A DNA stretch of 64,000 bases, from positions 132,623 to 196,622 of the forward strand of contig JADFMN010000005.1 of assembly GCA_022563855.1 (NCBI GenBank), given 5' to 3'. The translations under genes and the position numbers were made by a program. Below the pieces are notes generated by a model, which worked only from the letters and a program-made list of their open reading frames with translations, was not told the origin of the DNA and searched no databases. The DNA comes from Armatimonadota bacterium. GTDB taxonomy: Bacteria > Armatimonadota > Fimbriimonadia > Fimbriimonadales > Fimbriimonadaceae. This document shows, one piece after another, positions 62,015 through 64,000 of the stretch. The first letter of the stretch is position 1. Each line of letters begins with the position of its first letter.

Positions 62015-63733
62015 ATGAATCGCACCCTTCGCGTAGTTCTCGCGCTCGTCGTCCTTAGTTCGTTCAGCTTCGCATTCGGCCAAGTCCGCGGTGGTGGCGG
62101 CGGCGATTCCAGCCAGCGATTTGTCGAAGTTGCTGGCGTCAGAGAGTTTTCCGGCGAGTTGATCGTCCGACCGATTCAAATTGTCGAGAGTTTTGTCCAG
62201 CGCCGCTCGATGTCGGATCAAATGCGGCAGAATCGCGCACGCCAACGGTTGGCGCGACTGCTCATCGAGTATGTCGCCGATACGGATGAGTTGGTTGTGG
62301 CGGTCCCTTCGAATTACGACGAAAACTCGTTCTCGGCGTTCTTGATGGCGACTGGCGATTATCAGTACGCTGAACCGAATTGGACCGTCTACCCTGTCGT
62401 TATCCCTAACGATCCGTTTTTTGGCCAACAGTGGCATCACTTCAGAATGCAGTCCCCGCAAGGTTGGAACATCAACACCGGCTCTGGCGTGACGCTCGCG
62501 ACTTGTGACACCGGCGTGCATCTTACGCACGAGGACCTAGCGCCGTTGCTGGTCCCCGGATACAACTCGGCCAGCAGGCTGTCTCAAAACAACGGAGGAG
62601 CCGTCAACGATATCAACGGCCACGGGACGCACGTCATGGGAGATGCGGGGGCTGCTGGCAACAACAGTCGAGGAGTCGCAGGCGTAGGTTGGAACTACCG
62701 CCTGATGCCGATCCGCGTAACGAACAGTGCCGGCGGCTCCGCGAGCATGGCCAACATAGTGAACGGCGCGCGGTGGGCCGTCAACAACGGGGCAAAGTCC
62801 ATTTCGGTCAGCTACAGCGGTGTGAGCAGCAGCACCGTGCAAACAACTGGCGCTTACATCAAGAGTCGAGGCGGCCTTTTTCTGTGGGCGGCTGGGAACA
62901 ACGGCGCCAATCTGAACTGGTTCGACTGGGCGGACGTCATCATCGTCGGCGCATCGACGAGCAGCGACACCAGATGGAGTTCTTCGGCATTCGGACTGGC
63001 CATCGACGTCTTTGCTCCCGGCGTGAACATTCTGTCGACTGTGCGCAACAGCAACAGTTCGTATGGGTTTGGAACTGGAACGAGCATGGCGGCGCCGGTC
63101 GCAAACGGAGTGGTCGCGATGGTCTGGTCCATCAACCCCGCGCTTTCGGCGAGCAAGGTCGAGCAGATCGTGTTCCAGAGCTGCGACAATATCGGCAGTT
63201 CGAGCACGTTCGGCAACGGCCGCGTGAACCTCTTCAAGACGGCCACGCTCGCTGACATGACGGTGCCGAAAACCGTTCTGCCAAGCTCCGTAAACCTGAA
63301 TCGAGGCACATACATCAGCGGGTCGATCAGTAGTTTCTTCAGCCAAGACGGAAACGTGTATGTAGTGAATGCCGGCATAACCTTGAACCAAAGCGAGTCG
63401 CCAAACGACATCACGCTCAACGGAGTTGCGCCATACACGACAGCGGTCAGGTTGAAGTTCCGCACTGTCTCACGATCTTCGTCGATCAATGTCACCGAAG
63501 AGATTCAGTTCTACAACTTTACGACTAATCAGTGGGATTCAAAGAACACTCGAACCTTGAGCACTTCTGATACGAGCGTGACGGTGGACGTGACATCGGG
63601 TGCCAGCAACTATGTGAGATCCAGCGATGGCGCCGTGCGTGCTCGCCTGGTCCGCCGGGCAGGCGGAATCGTCGCGCACTTGCCCTGGAGCGTGAGCAAT
63701 GATCTCGGTGTCTGGGAGATCACTGCCTTCTAG
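62015..63733 (+). CDS. Subtilisin-like S8 serine peptidase (exported) with C-terminal beta-rich extension
   Basis: The ATG at 62015 gives the signal peptide MNRTLRVVLALVVLSSFSFAFG. Catalytic triad motifs: CDTGVHLTHEDL (Asp), HGTHVMG (His), GTSMAAPVANG (Ser). Confidence 0.85.
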   Translation: MNRTLRVVLALVVLSSFSFAFGQVRGGGGGDSSQRFVEVAGVREFSGELIVRPIQIVESFVQRRSMSDQMRQNRARQRLARLLIEYVADTDELVVAVPSNYDENSFSAFLMATGDYQYAEPNWTVYPVVIPNDPFFGQQWHHFRMQSPQGWNINTGSGVTLATCDTGVHLTHEDLAPLLVPGYNSASRLSQNNGGAVNDINGHGTHVMGDAGAAGNNSRGVAGVGWNYRLMPIRVTNSAGGSASMANIVNGARWAVNNGAKSISVSYSGVSSSTVQTTGAYIKSRGGLFLWAAGNNGANLNWFDWADVIIVGASTSSDTRWSSSAFGLAIDVFAPGVNILSTVRNSNSSYGFGTGTSMAAPVANGVVAMVWSINPALSASKVEQIVFQSCDNIGSSSTFGNGRVNLFKTATLADMTVPKTVLPSSVNLNRGTYISGSISSFFSQDGNVYVVNAGITLNQSESPNDITLNGVAPYTTAVRLKFRTVSRSSSINVTEEIQFYNFTTNQWDSKNTRTLSTSDTSVTVDVTSGASNYVRSSDGAVRARLVRRAGGIVAHLPWSVSNDLGVWEITAF

Positions 63734-63743
63734 GCTAGACCGG

Positions 63744-64000
63744 CTACGCGGTGCGATACAGGGTGCGTGTAATGCGCACTATCAACTGTATCGTACCGGG
63801 CGTTTCGGAGGCCAGGAGGCTTTCTGTAAGCGCTTGCACCCGGATGCGCCGGGAGCGCACGTCCGATGCGTTGACTACTGAGCCGTCGTCGGCGTACATG
63901 CGCGCACCGCCACCGCTGTCTGAGCCGATTGGGCTGAACATCAGCTCCATGTGATCCGGCACGGTACCGCCGTCGTCGATCCTTAGATGCAGTACGTCTG
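63744..64000 (-). CDS. 3' end of an unidentified gene running off the window
   Basis: The frame is open from the window edge (..DVLHLRIDDGGTVPDHMELMFSPIGSDSGGG...) to the TAG at 63744-63746. No family recognised. Confidence 0.35.
   Translation of the reverse strand, partial: DVLHLRIDDGGTVPDHMELMFSPIGSDSGGGARMYADDGSVVNASDVRSRRIRVQALTESLLASETPGTIQLIVRITRTLYRTA

Noticed and set aside
1-64000. Known defence or mobile systems (restriction-modification, toxin-antitoxin, CRISPR-Cas, Abi, retrons, transposases, prophage)
   Set aside because: Reading all six frames, I found no nuclease/ATPase/methyltransferase/reverse-transcriptase-like ORFs or IS termini. The only mobile-element trace is the decayed tRNA-Trp island.

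Overview
This is a GC-rich bacterial chromosomal segment with diderm-type gene content. It carries many exported PD40, BNR, S8 and S41 proteins, an LptD/OstA-like gene and a futalosine-pathway radical-SAM gene. The lineage cannot be fixed from sequence alone; an Armatimonadota-like organism is only a guess. I can support about 57 protein-coding genes, two tRNAs (Val-CAC, Trp-CCA) and several repeat families. Most genes are housekeeping: rnhB-yraN, comEA, xylB, rpsA-coaE, hsp20-lon, two clpS, tilS-ftsH, mgtE, gltX, rpiB, mtnP, ABC-transporter parts and an ECF sigma/anti-sigma pair. I saw no rRNA, CRISPR array, transposase or recognisable defence gene, so no complete novel system can be claimed. 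The best leads are listed here. (1) A decayed 3.3-kb integrative island at tRNA-Trp is bounded by a perfect 53-nt direct repeat. Its only intact cargo is a SagB/ThcOx-type two-domain dehydrogenase, preceded by an unannotated, Shine-Dalgarno-equipped 39-codon ORF ending in ...ECCTA that overlaps it by ATGA (RiPP-precursor-like). (2) A four-gene operon (13.6-22.3 kb) encodes very large exported proteins of unknown function, including an Ig-domain/LptD-like barrel, a Gly/Thr tandem-repeat linker and strong intercistronic hairpins. (3) The ancestral convergent junction between the GT39 gene and comEA is present three times, and the copies bracket two unrelated ORFan genes. (4) An active S41 (Ctp) protease is translationally coupled to a paralogue that has lost both catalytic residues. 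(5) A dispersed 26-nt imperfect palindrome occurs together with C3N4-5 (G-quadruplex-capable) tracts in three intergenic regions. Product calls rest on reading motifs by eye; no database search was possible.
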